A stretch of 64,000 bases of DNA, from positions 36,056 through 100,055 of the forward strand of contig JAPPMU010000041.1 of assembly GCA_028873965.1 (NCBI GenBank), in the 5' to 3' direction. The position numbers and the translations under genes were made by a program. The notes under the pieces were generated by a model. The model worked only from the letters and a program-made list of their open reading frames with translations, was not told where the DNA came from and searched no databases. Positions 55,850 to 64,000 of the stretch are shown here, in pieces (positions within the stretch are counted from its first letter, which is position 1; every line of letters starts with the position of its first letter). Source of the stretch: Chloroflexota bacterium (GTDB lineage: Bacteria; Chloroflexota; Dehalococcoidia; Lucifugimonadales; UBA3495).

Positions 55850-55923
55850 TGCCCCGTGGTGTAGCGGTAGCACGTCAGCCTTTGGAGCTGTAAGCCCTGG
55901 TTCGAACCCAGGCGGGGCAGCCA
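55850..55923 (+). tRNA. tRNA-Gln(TTG)
   Basis: Acceptor TGCCCCG/CGGGGCA, anticodon loop CTTTGGA, GGTTCGAACCC, encoded CCA; extended -10 TGCTATAAT at 55831-55839. Confidence 0.96.
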
Positions 55924-55965
55924 AACACGCTGCGTTTCAAAACTTGGGCGACCTGGTGGCCGCCC

Positions 55966-57366
55966 TCATTTATTGGTTCGTCGTTCCAGGAAAATGGGCA
56001 TCCCACCCTTGGGCCGGAGCGAAATCAGCGGAAGCATTTCGGCCTTGTGCTTGGGGTCGTGGCGCACCTTCCATTGCTGTCCCAGGGTCGCCAGGATCAT
56101 CTTGGCTTCCATCATCGCGAACCCCTCGCCGATGCACTGGCGCGGCCCCCCGCCGAAGGGGTAATACGCGTAACGCGGCAGCCCATCCCGGAACTCGTCC
56201 GTCCACCGCTCCGGACGGAACTCCAGGGGGCCGTCGAACCAGCGGGCGTCCCGCTGGATCACCAGCTGCGGCGCCGCCAGCAGGGCCCCCGGCGGAATGT
56301 CGTAGCCGCCCAGCTCGAAGGGCTGGAACGCCATTCGCGACCAGAACCAGATCGGTGGGTACAGCCGCAGCGATTCCGCGAGCACCTTGTCCGTATAGGT
56401 CAGGTTCGCCAGATCCGACAATTCCGGCGACCGGTCGCCGAGAACCTCATCCAGTTCCTCGTGGAATCGCCGTTGCGCGTCGGGATTGGTGGCCAGCAGG
56501 TACCATGTCCACGTGAGGCACACCGCGGTGGTCTCGTGGCCCGCCGCAAACATCGTGATGGTCTGGTCGCGCACCTGCTGGTCGGTCAGCGGCTGTCCCA
56601 CGCCTTCCTCGTCCTCCAGCCGGGCGTCCAGCAACAGGGAGAGCAGATCGTCCTCGCCCGTGGATCTCTCCCGCCGCTCGGAGATCGCGCCGAAAATGAT
56701 GCGATCCAGTTCCGCCCGCGCCCTCCGGAAGCGCACCGTGTACGGCACCGGCAAGCGATGCATGAGCCTCCGCAACTTGGGCGGCTGGTTCACCCGTCTC
56801 ACCAGGTAGTTGTTGATTAGCTCGAACGCCTCGCCGATCCGCCGCACGTCATCGGGAAGTTCCAGCCCGAACAGCGTTTTGACCACCACCCGCAGCGTGA
56901 GCGCCCCCATCTCCCGGGCCATGTCCACCCTTTGCCCGTCGGACCACGACGCCCGGTGGTGTGCGGCGAAGTCCCGCATCAGCTCGCCATAGCCTTCCAC
57001 CCGCCCCCGGTGGAACTGCGGCTGCATCAACCGCCGTTGCTGCAGGTGCTCCACCGGCCCGGCAGTCACCAAACCGTCGCCCATCGCGTACTTGAGCACG
57101 TCGGTGTTCGGCCCCCGCCCCACCAGCCGGTGGTTGGTGACCACCACGTCCCGTATCAGGTCGGGGTGGTTCACCATGAGCAGCAGGGCCGGTTTGACCG
57201 ACAGCGTGACCAGGTCACCATACCGCGCCGATTCCAGCATGAACCGGATCGGATCGCGGATGTACCGCAGCGTCTGTCCGATTACGGGCAGCTCCGGCGG
57301 CCCGGGTGGCAACTCGCTGCGGTCGACCACCGGCCGCGGCGGATATGTCACGGTGGACGTAGTCAT
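55966..57366 (-). CDS. Cytochrome P450
   Basis: PPGP, AGHETT, ESLRLYPP, PERW, FGGGPRQCIG. Confidence 0.95.
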   Translation of the reverse strand: MTTSTVTYPPRPVVDRSELPPGPPELPVIGQTLRYIRDPIRFMLESARYGDLVTLSVKPALLLMVNHPDLIRDVVVTNHRLVGRGPNTDVLKYAMGDGLVTAGPVEHLQQRRLMQPQFHRGRVEGYGELMRDFAAHHRASWSDGQRVDMAREMGALTLRVVVKTLFGLELPDDVRRIGEAFELINNYLVRRVNQPPKLRRLMHRLPVPYTVRFRRARAELDRIIFGAISERRERSTGEDDLLSLLLDARLEDEEGVGQPLTDQQVRDQTITMFAAGHETTAVCLTWTWYLLATNPDAQRRFHEELDEVLGDRSPELSDLANLTYTDKVLAESLRLYPPIWFWSRMAFQPFELGGYDIPPGALLAAPQLVIQRDARWFDGPLEFRPERWTDEFRDGLPRYAYYPFGGGPRQCIGEGFAMMEAKMILATLGQQWKVRHDPKHKAEMLPLISLRPKGGMPIFLERRTNK

Positions 57367-57414
57367 GGATAGAACTCTGGTTTGGCCCCGCACCAACCTT
57401 TGCATCATCTAATC

Positions 57415-57490
57415 GTCATTCCTGCGCAAGCAGGAATCCAGAGTCCGCTGTGAATAGCGACTTCCGGGTTCCCGCGAAAGCGGGAACAAC
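57415..57490. repeat. Inverted pair of GTCATTCCYGCG-type palindromes
   Basis: 57415-57439 and 57466-57490. Confidence 0.8.
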
Positions 57491-57523
57491 GCGTGGTCTC
57501 CCAAAAGGCCCATAGAGGATCGG

Positions 57524-57862
57524 CTAACCGTCCAGGGGAATCGTGGCGGTAAGCCGTGGCTGGTCCCCCACCGCCCGCGTGGTGTGTCCCTGGCCGGTCA
57601 GATCCTCCGCCAGCGTCACGTGGCCCGCGCCGAACCGGTGCACCGTCCCGTCACCCAGGCCAATCTCAACCTCGCCCTCCAGCGTGATTACAAACTGGCG
57701 GCGTGGCGCGCAGTGCCAGTCGCTGAAATATCCCGGCTCAACTCGCCGGAACACGATCCCCTGCGCGGCCTGCATCGCCGCGTACTCCGGATGCGACTCC
57801 AGTTCGATGTGCTCGATGTGCGACTGTCCGTCCTCTCCCGTGTAAAGCCTCATTATCGGCAT
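57524..57862 (-). CDS. Cupin-like small protein
   Basis: WHCAPRRQFVITLEG..EDLTGQGH; paralog of 3492-3869. Confidence 0.8.
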   Translation of the reverse strand: MPIMRLYTGEDGQSHIEHIELESHPEYAAMQAAQGIVFRRVEPGYFSDWHCAPRRQFVITLEGEVEIGLGDGTVHRFGAGHVTLAEDLTGQGHTTRAVGDQPRLTATIPLDG

Positions 57863-58160
57863 GGTATTCCCCCTTGTGTGTTGTCATCCTGTATCGTTCC
57901 CAGTGCAATTCTATCAAAATCCGCCTGCCTATCACTTCCTGACGTCAGAAAACCGGAGCCGCATCTCCGGGCTTGCGTCGGCGGCAGACCACTCGCGCCG
58001 CGCTGCTGGATGGTCAACCCTGCCGCTTCACGGAATCACGCCCTCGGTAGGTGGGATCGGCGCTGGCGGGGGCCTCCCACCTGGCCCGGTTCGGCAGTCT
58101 CGGTTGACCGATGTTTACCGCCTTGTTAGAATGCCCGGCAGTCTATTTATTCGGGCGGTC

Positions 58161-58778
58161 ATGCTTACAATCGGTCTAACGGGCGGCATTGGAAGTGGCA
58201 AAAGCGTAGTTGCCGAGCTGTTGCGGGCGCAAGGCGCGTCGATTATCGACGCCGATCGGCTGGGCCACGAGGCTTACGCTCCGAACTCCGAAGCCTGGCA
58301 GCAGGTCGTTGCCGCCTTTGGAGAGGACATTCTAACCACGGAAGGCGAAATCGATCGGCGCAAACTTGGATCCATAGTATTCGCTGACCCGGCACAACTC
58401 GAGCGGCTCAACGGCATCATGCATCCCCTGATGGCTCGAATGGTCGAGGACCGCAAGGCAGGCCTCGCCGCCGATGGCGTTGAGGTTGCGGTGGTGGAGG
58501 CCGCGGTGCTCTTCGAGGCGGGTTGGGATAAGCTGGTCGACGAAGTCTGGTCCACTCACACGCCAGCCGACGTGGTTGTCGAACGACTGCGCCAGCGCAA
58601 CGGAATGACCGAAGAGGAAGCCAGAAAGCGAATCAACTCGCAGATGCCGGCGGAAGAACGCAACGGGCGTTCCGACGTGGTGGTCGAAAACGCGGCCGAT
58701 TTGGCCGATTTGGAAAGCGAAGTGGCTGCTCTGTGGCAGGCTCGAGTCAAAGGAAAGGTAAATCAAGGCAATGGTTGA
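58161..58778 (+). CDS. coaE: Dephospho-CoA kinase
   Basis: [32 protein letters not shown]. Confidence 0.95.
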   Translation: MLTIGLTGGIGSGKSVVAELLRAQGASIIDADRLGHEAYAPNSEAWQQVVAAFGEDILTTEGEIDRRKLGSIVFADPAQLERLNGIMHPLMARMVEDRKAGLAADGVEVAVVEAAVLFEAGWDKLVDEVWSTHTPADVVVERLRQRNGMTEEEARKRINSQMPAEERNGRSDVVVENAADLADLESEVAALWQARVKGKVNQGNG

Positions 58779-59682
58779 AGCAAACATCGAAATGCTGGAA
58801 GACGAACCCAGTTTCAAGGAATTCGCCATCGAAGAGTTCCTGGTCCGCAGCGAACCGTACTACCGCGCTGTCGGCGACGAACTCGAGCTGTTCGAGGCCG
58901 CTTACGAGCAACACATCCCGGTCCTGCTGAAAGGCCCCACCGGGTGCGGCAAGACGCGCTTCGTCGAGTACATGGCGTGGAAACTCGGCCGGCCCATCAC
59001 CACGATCCGCAGCGAGGGCGCGCAGGAAATGCGCGAAGGTGAGGTTCGCGTCCCGCTGGTAACCATTGCCTGCCACGAGGACCTCACTGCCAGCGACCTC
59101 GTGGGACGCTACCTCCTTGACGCCAACGGCACCCGCTGGATCGACGGCCCCATGACCCGCGCGGTCAAGGCCGGCGCCATCCTGTACCTGGACGAAGTGG
59201 TGGAAGCCCGCAAGGACACCACCGTTCTGATCCACCCTCTCACCGACCACCGGCGCATCCTGCCCGTCGAGAAGACCGGCAATATCATCGAGGCCGATGA
59301 TCGCTTCCTGCTCTGCATCTCCTACAACCCTCACTACCAGAGCGCCCTGAAGGACCTGAAGCACAGCACCCGGCAGCGGTTCATCTCCATCGAGTTCGAC
59401 TATCCGCCGGTTGACGTGGAAGCCGAGATTGTCGCCAAGGAAAGCGGCTGCGACGAAGTCCAGGCCCATGCCCTCGCGCGCCTGGGCGAAAAGATCCGCA
59501 ACCTCCGCGAGCACGGCCTGGCCGAAGGCGCCAGCACTCGCCTCCTGATCTACGCCGGCCGGCTGATGCAGCAGGGCATTCCCGCCCGTCGCGCCTGCCA
59601 GGTGGCCATCGTGTGGACCCTGAGCGATGAAACCGAGCTCCAACGCAGCATCGAAGAGGTGGTGTACTCCATCTTCGAGTAG
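58771..59682 (+). CDS. CbbQ/NirQ/NorQ-family AAA+ ATPase
   Basis: [48 protein letters not shown]. Confidence 0.93.
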   Translation: MVEANIEMLEDEPSFKEFAIEEFLVRSEPYYRAVGDELELFEAAYEQHIPVLLKGPTGCGKTRFVEYMAWKLGRPITTIRSEGAQEMREGEVRVPLVTIACHEDLTASDLVGRYLLDANGTRWIDGPMTRAVKAGAILYLDEVVEARKDTTVLIHPLTDHRRILPVEKTGNIIEADDRFLLCISYNPHYQSALKDLKHSTRQRFISIEFDYPPVDVEAEIVAKESGCDEVQAHALARLGEKIRNLREHGLAEGASTRLLIYAGRLMQQGIPARRACQVAIVWTLSDETELQRSIEEVVYSIFE

Positions 59683-59696
59683 CTGATGGAACCGCA

Positions 59697-60290
59697 ATGG
59701 GTGCACTCACCCTCGATCTAGTCCGCAACGCGCTGGCCAATCGCCAGCGGATTACTGCCGCCGCAGAAGGCCTGATGCCGGCGGCAGTAATGCTATTGCT
59801 GTACCCCAAGGACGGAGATTTCTGCGTCCTGCTCAACAAGCGCTCCATGACCGTCGAGCACCACAAAGGGGAAATGTCGTTCCCCGGCGGAGCCCGCGAC
59901 CCCGAAGACGCGGATTTCGAGGACACCGCCCGGCGCGAGACTGAAGAAGAAATGGGCATCGCCCGAGACGACATCACAATCTTGGGACGCCTGGACGACA
60001 ACGTCACCCGTTCCAACTTCATTGTGAAGGTCTTTGTCGGGACCATACCCTATCCCTACCGGTTCAATCCCAGTTCGCACGAAATCGCAGAGGTCGTCGA
60101 AATTCCCATCAACGTCCTTCGCGATCCCGCCACGCTGCGCTGGGATTCCCGGATCGAAAATGGCGAGAGGATTTCCGTGCGATCCTATGGCTACCAGCAA
60201 CACCTCGTGTATGGAGCCACCGCCAAAATCCTCGATCAGTTCCTCGACATCATTGACGCCCAGTTGACGATCAACGCCGAGTTGACATAA
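59697..60290 (+). CDS. Nudix hydrolase, CoA-pyrophosphatase-like
   Basis: AAV, HKGEMSFPGG, ARRETEEEMG, YGATA. Confidence 0.88.
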   Translation: MGALTLDLVRNALANRQRITAAAEGLMPAAVMLLLYPKDGDFCVLLNKRSMTVEHHKGEMSFPGGARDPEDADFEDTARRETEEEMGIARDDITILGRLDDNVTRSNFIVKVFVGTIPYPYRFNPSSHEIAEVVEIPINVLRDPATLRWDSRIENGERISVRSYGYQQHLVYGATAKILDQFLDIIDAQLTINAELT

Positions 60291-60304
60291 GGAGGACACG
60301 AGCC

Positions 60305-63300
60305 TTGACTAATTCCGCTACAGGCGACCTGCTGGACGAATTGGCCAAACTGCCGCCGGCAGTTGCCGAAGCCTATCAGGCCGTCGTCGACGCCATGGCC
60401 GAGTCCTTCAGCGATGAGGAAACGGCTCTTTGGGCCCGCGAGGGTGTCGCCATCGGCACCCAGACCGTACGTTCCTGGGAGTCCGCGGTCGAGTACTACC
60501 GCGTCAGCCCCGAGGTGGCCCGATCCCTCGCCTTTGCCTCATTCATGCAGTGGGCGCGCTGCGGGACCTATCTGTCCCAGGACTCGCCGACCCTGGCGGT
60601 CGCCTTCTTCAAGGCCAGCCCATCTATCGTCACCAACCTGCGACCCCAGTACATCCCGCGCTGGGCCGGCCTCGGCCGCTCACTCTACAAGGGCACCTGG
60701 AAGTCCAGCACGCTGGCGGCTCGCTTCTTCGAGGTTAGCCCCGACCTGGTGCGCAACCTGCCCTTCTGGGACGTGGAAGTGTTCGCGTCGCTGATCGAGG
60801 CGCTGTCCTACAAGTCCTACGACGTTGCGGCCGAGTGCCTCGTCCTGGGGCGAGACGTCCTGCCGGCCATGGGACGCGAGCGCGAGGCTTTCCTGTCCAT
60901 GTCCCGCGCCCTGACCGACAGCAGTTGGCGCGAGGTCAAGGCTTGCCTGGAAATGGCTCCCCGCGCTCTCCAGCACGTCGAAGAGGGGCAGACCGGCCGG
61001 TTCCTGCGCCTCGGCGAAAAGCTCGCCAAGATGGGCCTCCGCGACACCTCCCGGTTCCTCTACGACGGCGCCCAGGCCCTGTCCCACGTTTCCGCCGGCT
61101 CCCAGGGCCACATCCTTGACCTGTGCGACGGCCTGCTGGCCAGCACTCCCGACGCGGTGCCGCCTTTCCTCAAGAGCCTCGACCCGGTGCTCAACCGGAT
61201 CACCCTGCAACAGCTTGACCAGTGGTACCAGCACGGCGTTGAGCTACTGAATGATAACCCCGAAAGCGGTATCGCGTTTTTCAAGATCGAATCCAATACC
61301 TCCGAATCCATGCTGGAAACCCTCTCTTCCAGCCTGGACCTGGAGCGGGTCAAGGGCATCATGCGCCTCTACACCCGCGCGCTGTCGGGCGAAAATATCG
61401 AGGTGCTCAGCACTGCGGAACTCGTCCGCAAGCAGATCGGTTGGGTCGATCAGGACACCGCTTCCACCGACGGAACCAAGGTCTACCTGCCCCCCGTGAT
61501 CGACAATTACAACGACAAGTCGCAGAACTTCGCTTGGTTCAAGGTCGTCGCCACCCACCAGGTTTCGCACCTGGAATTCGGCAGTTTCCAGTTCGAATTT
61601 CCCCGCCCGGCCAACGTGTTCGACGATCGCCGGATCCGGATGGAAGAGGCGATCCAGGCGCGCATCGAGGCCATCCGCACCGCCACGGCCGAGCATTTCC
61701 AGCTGCTAGACTCCGACACCGCCCCGTCCATAGAGGTCGGCGAGGGGCCCGGCGGGACCATGCGTGTGTACACCGACATCGGTCGCTTCCTGGCCCTCTT
61801 CGAAGACCGACGCATGGCCTTCGACCTGTTCAGCGTGCTCGAGGACTGCCGGCTCGACTATCGCATCAAGACCGAGTACCCCGGCATCCGCCGTCCGGCG
61901 CTTGACGTGCAGGGCGACGCCCTCACCCAGCGTCCTCGCATCGAGGAACTTCCTTTGCAGGAAGCCCTGATCGAACTGCTGGTTCACATGAGCCTGGACC
62001 GCTTCGAGGGCCTGCCGGTGCCGCAAGACTACCGGGAAGAGGCTTTCATGCTGGCCCGGATCATGCACCGCCTGCGCACCGTCCGCGCTTCGATAGAGGA
62101 CACTGCCGAAGCGGCGCTGCGGGCCTATGAGATCATCTCCCGCCTCCAGAACCAGCAGGAGCCTGAGGACGAGTTCCAGCCCGAAGACCTGGACGACCCC
62201 GGCGAGTTCTCCGAGGAAGAGTACCAGGCATTGCTCGACAAGCTTCAGGCGCAGATGAGCGAGCAACAGGGCGAGCAGGGTGAGGGAGACCCCTACGAAT
62301 CCCCCGAACCCGTTGAGTATCGGGGCGACTTCAAACCCGAGATGGTCCAGCTGCTTACCAAGTTGCAGATGGACCAGAGCGAGATGGGCGACGCCGAGCC
62401 CATGACCCAGGAGGAACTCGAACAGTTGCTCCAGGACAGCGCCGAGCTCGAACTCGACGCCCAGGAAGGCGACGTGGACCAGAGCATGGCCATGTTCGCC
62501 CAGAACATCATGAAGGAAGCCGGCGTGCCCCCGCCGTCCAACGACCCGGGGCGTGGCTACGGTCCCATCCTCCACGATGACGACGCCGGCGGCGAGCTGG
62601 AAGCGCTGGAACCCAAGACCTTCGTCTACGACGAATGGGACTTTCGCGCCAACGACTACAAGCCCCGCTGGTGCATCGTCAAGGAGAAGGTCCTTGACGA
62701 AGGCGACCCGAATTTCTACAACGATTCCCTGCGCAACTACGCCTCGCTGCTGGCGCACATCAAGCGCCAGTTCGAGCTCATCATGCCGGAGACCTGGCGC
62801 AAGACCTACCGCCTGATCGACGGCGAGGACATCGACCTGAACTCGGCTCTGGAAGCTTGGGCCGACCTTCGCATGAACGTGCCTCCGGACGAGAAGATCT
62901 ACTGGCGCCGTAACCGCGTTGAGCGCGACGTCGCCGTGGTCTTCCTGCTGGACATGTCAGCCTCCACCGCCGAGGCCATCGACGAGGGCCGTCACTCCGT
63001 GGACGACCGGGACGCGCCGGACGACCCGGTGGAGTACATGGTCTGGCTCCGCCGCCGCCGCGAGGGCCTGGTGCGCCGCCACTACAAGCGCATCATCGAC
63101 CTCGAGCGCGAGAGCTGTGCCCTCCTGATCAACGCCCTGGAGTCCATCGGCGACACCTACGGCATCTATGGCTTCTCCGGCTATGGCCGCGAAAACGTGG
63201 AATTCTACGTGATCAAGGACATCGAGGAGCAGTTCAACGACAAGATCAAGCGGCGCATCGACAAGGTGACCCCACTGCACGCCACCCGTATGGGCTCAGC

Positions 63301-63613
63301 CATCCGCCACGCCATCACCAAGCTGGAGAACCAGGACGCGGCGACCAAGATCATGTTCCTGATCAGCGACGGTCGGCCCCAGGACCGCGGTTACAGCCGC
63401 GAGGGCGTGGAGAAGGAATACGCCGTGCACGACACCCACCAAGCCCTGTTGGAGGCCAAGCGCAAGGAGATCAACCCCTTCTGCCTCACCGTCGACAAGG
63501 CCGGGCACGACTACCTCAAGACCATGTGCGGAGACCTCAACTACGAGGTCCTGGACGACATCTGGGCCCTGCCGGAACGGCTGCCCATGCTCTACCGGTC
63601 CCTGACCATGTAA
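60305..63613 (+). CDS. Large CbbO/NorD-like VWA-domain protein
   Basis: YDEWD..Y..WC, LLDMSAST MIDAS, TRMGSAIRH, SDGRP; AAGGAGG before TTG start. Confidence 0.9.
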   Translation: MTNSATGDLLDELAKLPPAVAEAYQAVVDAMAESFSDEETALWAREGVAIGTQTVRSWESAVEYYRVSPEVARSLAFASFMQWARCGTYLSQDSPTLAVAFFKASPSIVTNLRPQYIPRWAGLGRSLYKGTWKSSTLAARFFEVSPDLVRNLPFWDVEVFASLIEALSYKSYDVAAECLVLGRDVLPAMGREREAFLSMSRALTDSSWREVKACLEMAPRALQHVEEGQTGRFLRLGEKLAKMGLRDTSRFLYDGAQALSHVSAGSQGHILDLCDGLLASTPDAVPPFLKSLDPVLNRITLQQLDQWYQHGVELLNDNPESGIAFFKIESNTSESMLETLSSSLDLERVKGIMRLYTRALSGENIEVLSTAELVRKQIGWVDQDTASTDGTKVYLPPVIDNYNDKSQNFAWFKVVATHQVSHLEFGSFQFEFPRPANVFDDRRIRMEEAIQARIEAIRTATAEHFQLLDSDTAPSIEVGEGPGGTMRVYTDIGRFLALFEDRRMAFDLFSVLEDCRLDYRIKTEYPGIRRPALDVQGDALTQRPRIEELPLQEALIELLVHMSLDRFEGLPVPQDYREEAFMLARIMHRLRTVRASIEDTAEAALRAYEIISRLQNQQEPEDEFQPEDLDDPGEFSEEEYQALLDKLQAQMSEQQGEQGEGDPYESPEPVEYRGDFKPEMVQLLTKLQMDQSEMGDAEPMTQEELEQLLQDSAELELDAQEGDVDQSMAMFAQNIMKEAGVPPPSNDPGRGYGPILHDDDAGGELEALEPKTFVYDEWDFRANDYKPRWCIVKEKVLDEGDPNFYNDSLRNYASLLAHIKRQFELIMPETWRKTYRLIDGEDIDLNSALEAWADLRMNVPPDEKIYWRRNRVERDVAVVFLLDMSASTAEAIDEGRHSVDDRDAPDDPVEYMVWLRRRREGLVRRHYKRIIDLERESCALLINALESIGDTYGIYGFSGYGRENVEFYVIKDIEEQFNDKIKRRIDKVTPLHATRMGSAIRHAITKLENQDAATKIMFLISDGRPQDRGYSREGVEKEYAVHDTHQALLEAKRKEINPFCLTVDKAGHDYLKTMCGDLNYEVLDDIWALPERLPMLYRSLTM

Positions 63614-63631
63614 GTCCGGTTCCGGCAGCAC

Positions 63632-63673
63632 AAAAAAATCAGGGGCGAATGGTCATTCGCCCCTGTGCTTTTG
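63632..63673. terminator. Probable bidirectional intrinsic terminator
   Basis: A-tract, stem CAGGGGCGAAT/ATTCGCCCCTG, then T-rich tract. Confidence 0.8.
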
Positions 63674-63898
63674 TTGTACGGTCGATCTCGGCTAATCTCG
63701 GCGCCGTCGTCGCACCCCAATCCGCAGCGGATTGCGCCGCCGGTCTTCAATCATCTCGTCCACCACCGCAACGCCAGCCTTATCTTCCAATCGTTCCAGC
63801 CGCTCGCGCACGTCAGTCAGCGTGTCGATTTCCCGCGCCGTCAGTTTCTTCCTGCGTTCATCAATTGCCCAGAACACCAATTTGACGCCTCCTCCAGC

Positions 63899-64000
63899 CA
63901 AGGCGTGTCGTCAAATAGCAACATACCCGTCGTTCCTGCGAAAGCAGGAACCCAGAAAAGCCTCTGCGACGGGAACGTTGGCCTTATTTTGCGCTCTCTG
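63899..64000. mobile_element. Left end of a second copy of the 2242-2409 MITE-like family
   Basis: GGCGTGTCGTCAAAT (63902-63916) followed by palindrome GTCGTTCCTGCGAAAGCAGGAACCC (63929-63953); right end outside the window. Confidence 0.6.

Noticed and set aside
55850-55923. tRNA-Gln as a genomic-island attachment site
   Set aside because: No integrase nearby and no duplicate of the tRNA 3' end noticed.
57861-58160. 100-aa N-terminal extension of CoaE
   Set aside because: CoaE homology begins at MLTIGLTGG (58161); the extension is probably divergent-promoter DNA.
17595-62758. Many long antisense or alternative-frame ORFs (e.g. 18578-19960, 22438-23706, 47164-48258, 61706-62758)
   Set aside because: Expected shadows of high-GC3 genes; no motifs.
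58771-63613. Calling the pair cbbQ/cbbO or norQ/norD (carbon fixation or denitrification)
   Set aside because: No client gene is in the window, so function cannot be assigned.
1-64000. Retron, DGR, prophage or autonomous IS
   Set aside because: No reverse transcriptase, phage structural, integrase or transposase motifs recognised in any listed ORF.

Overview
GC-rich bacterial chromosome segment. Its gene content (three luciferase-like monooxygenases, two P450s, paired family III CoA-transferases, SDRs, PaREP1, many small TA-like genes) resembles SAR202-type Dehalococcoidia (Chloroflexota); the taxonomy is inference only. Housekeeping landmarks are rnpB, tRNA-Gln(TTG), panB, coaE, sbcD and sfsA. 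Catabolic operons are interleaved with small accessory genes (HicBA, VapBC, DUF6883/DUF4926, GIY-YIG, an MTase-HNH fusion, a type IIG-like R-M gene running off the left edge) and with at least four families of intergenic palindromic repeats, some nested inside MITE-like inverted-repeat shells. Best candidates for something new: (1) the leader of a putative selenium-oxyanion ABC transporter operon, which has a sigma70 promoter, a near-leaderless uORF with an in-frame UGA followed by a SECIS-like hairpin, and a stem covering the transporter's ribosome-binding site, suggesting a selenocysteine-sensing attenuator; (2) a DUF4926 domain fused in frame to an enoyl-CoA hydratase; (3) a TrpF-like/dual-OB/2xDUF488 cassette; (4) a CbbQ/CbbO-like AAA+/VWA chaperone pair with no visible client, embedded with CoA-metabolism genes. 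All family calls come from motif recognition by eye; no searches were run.
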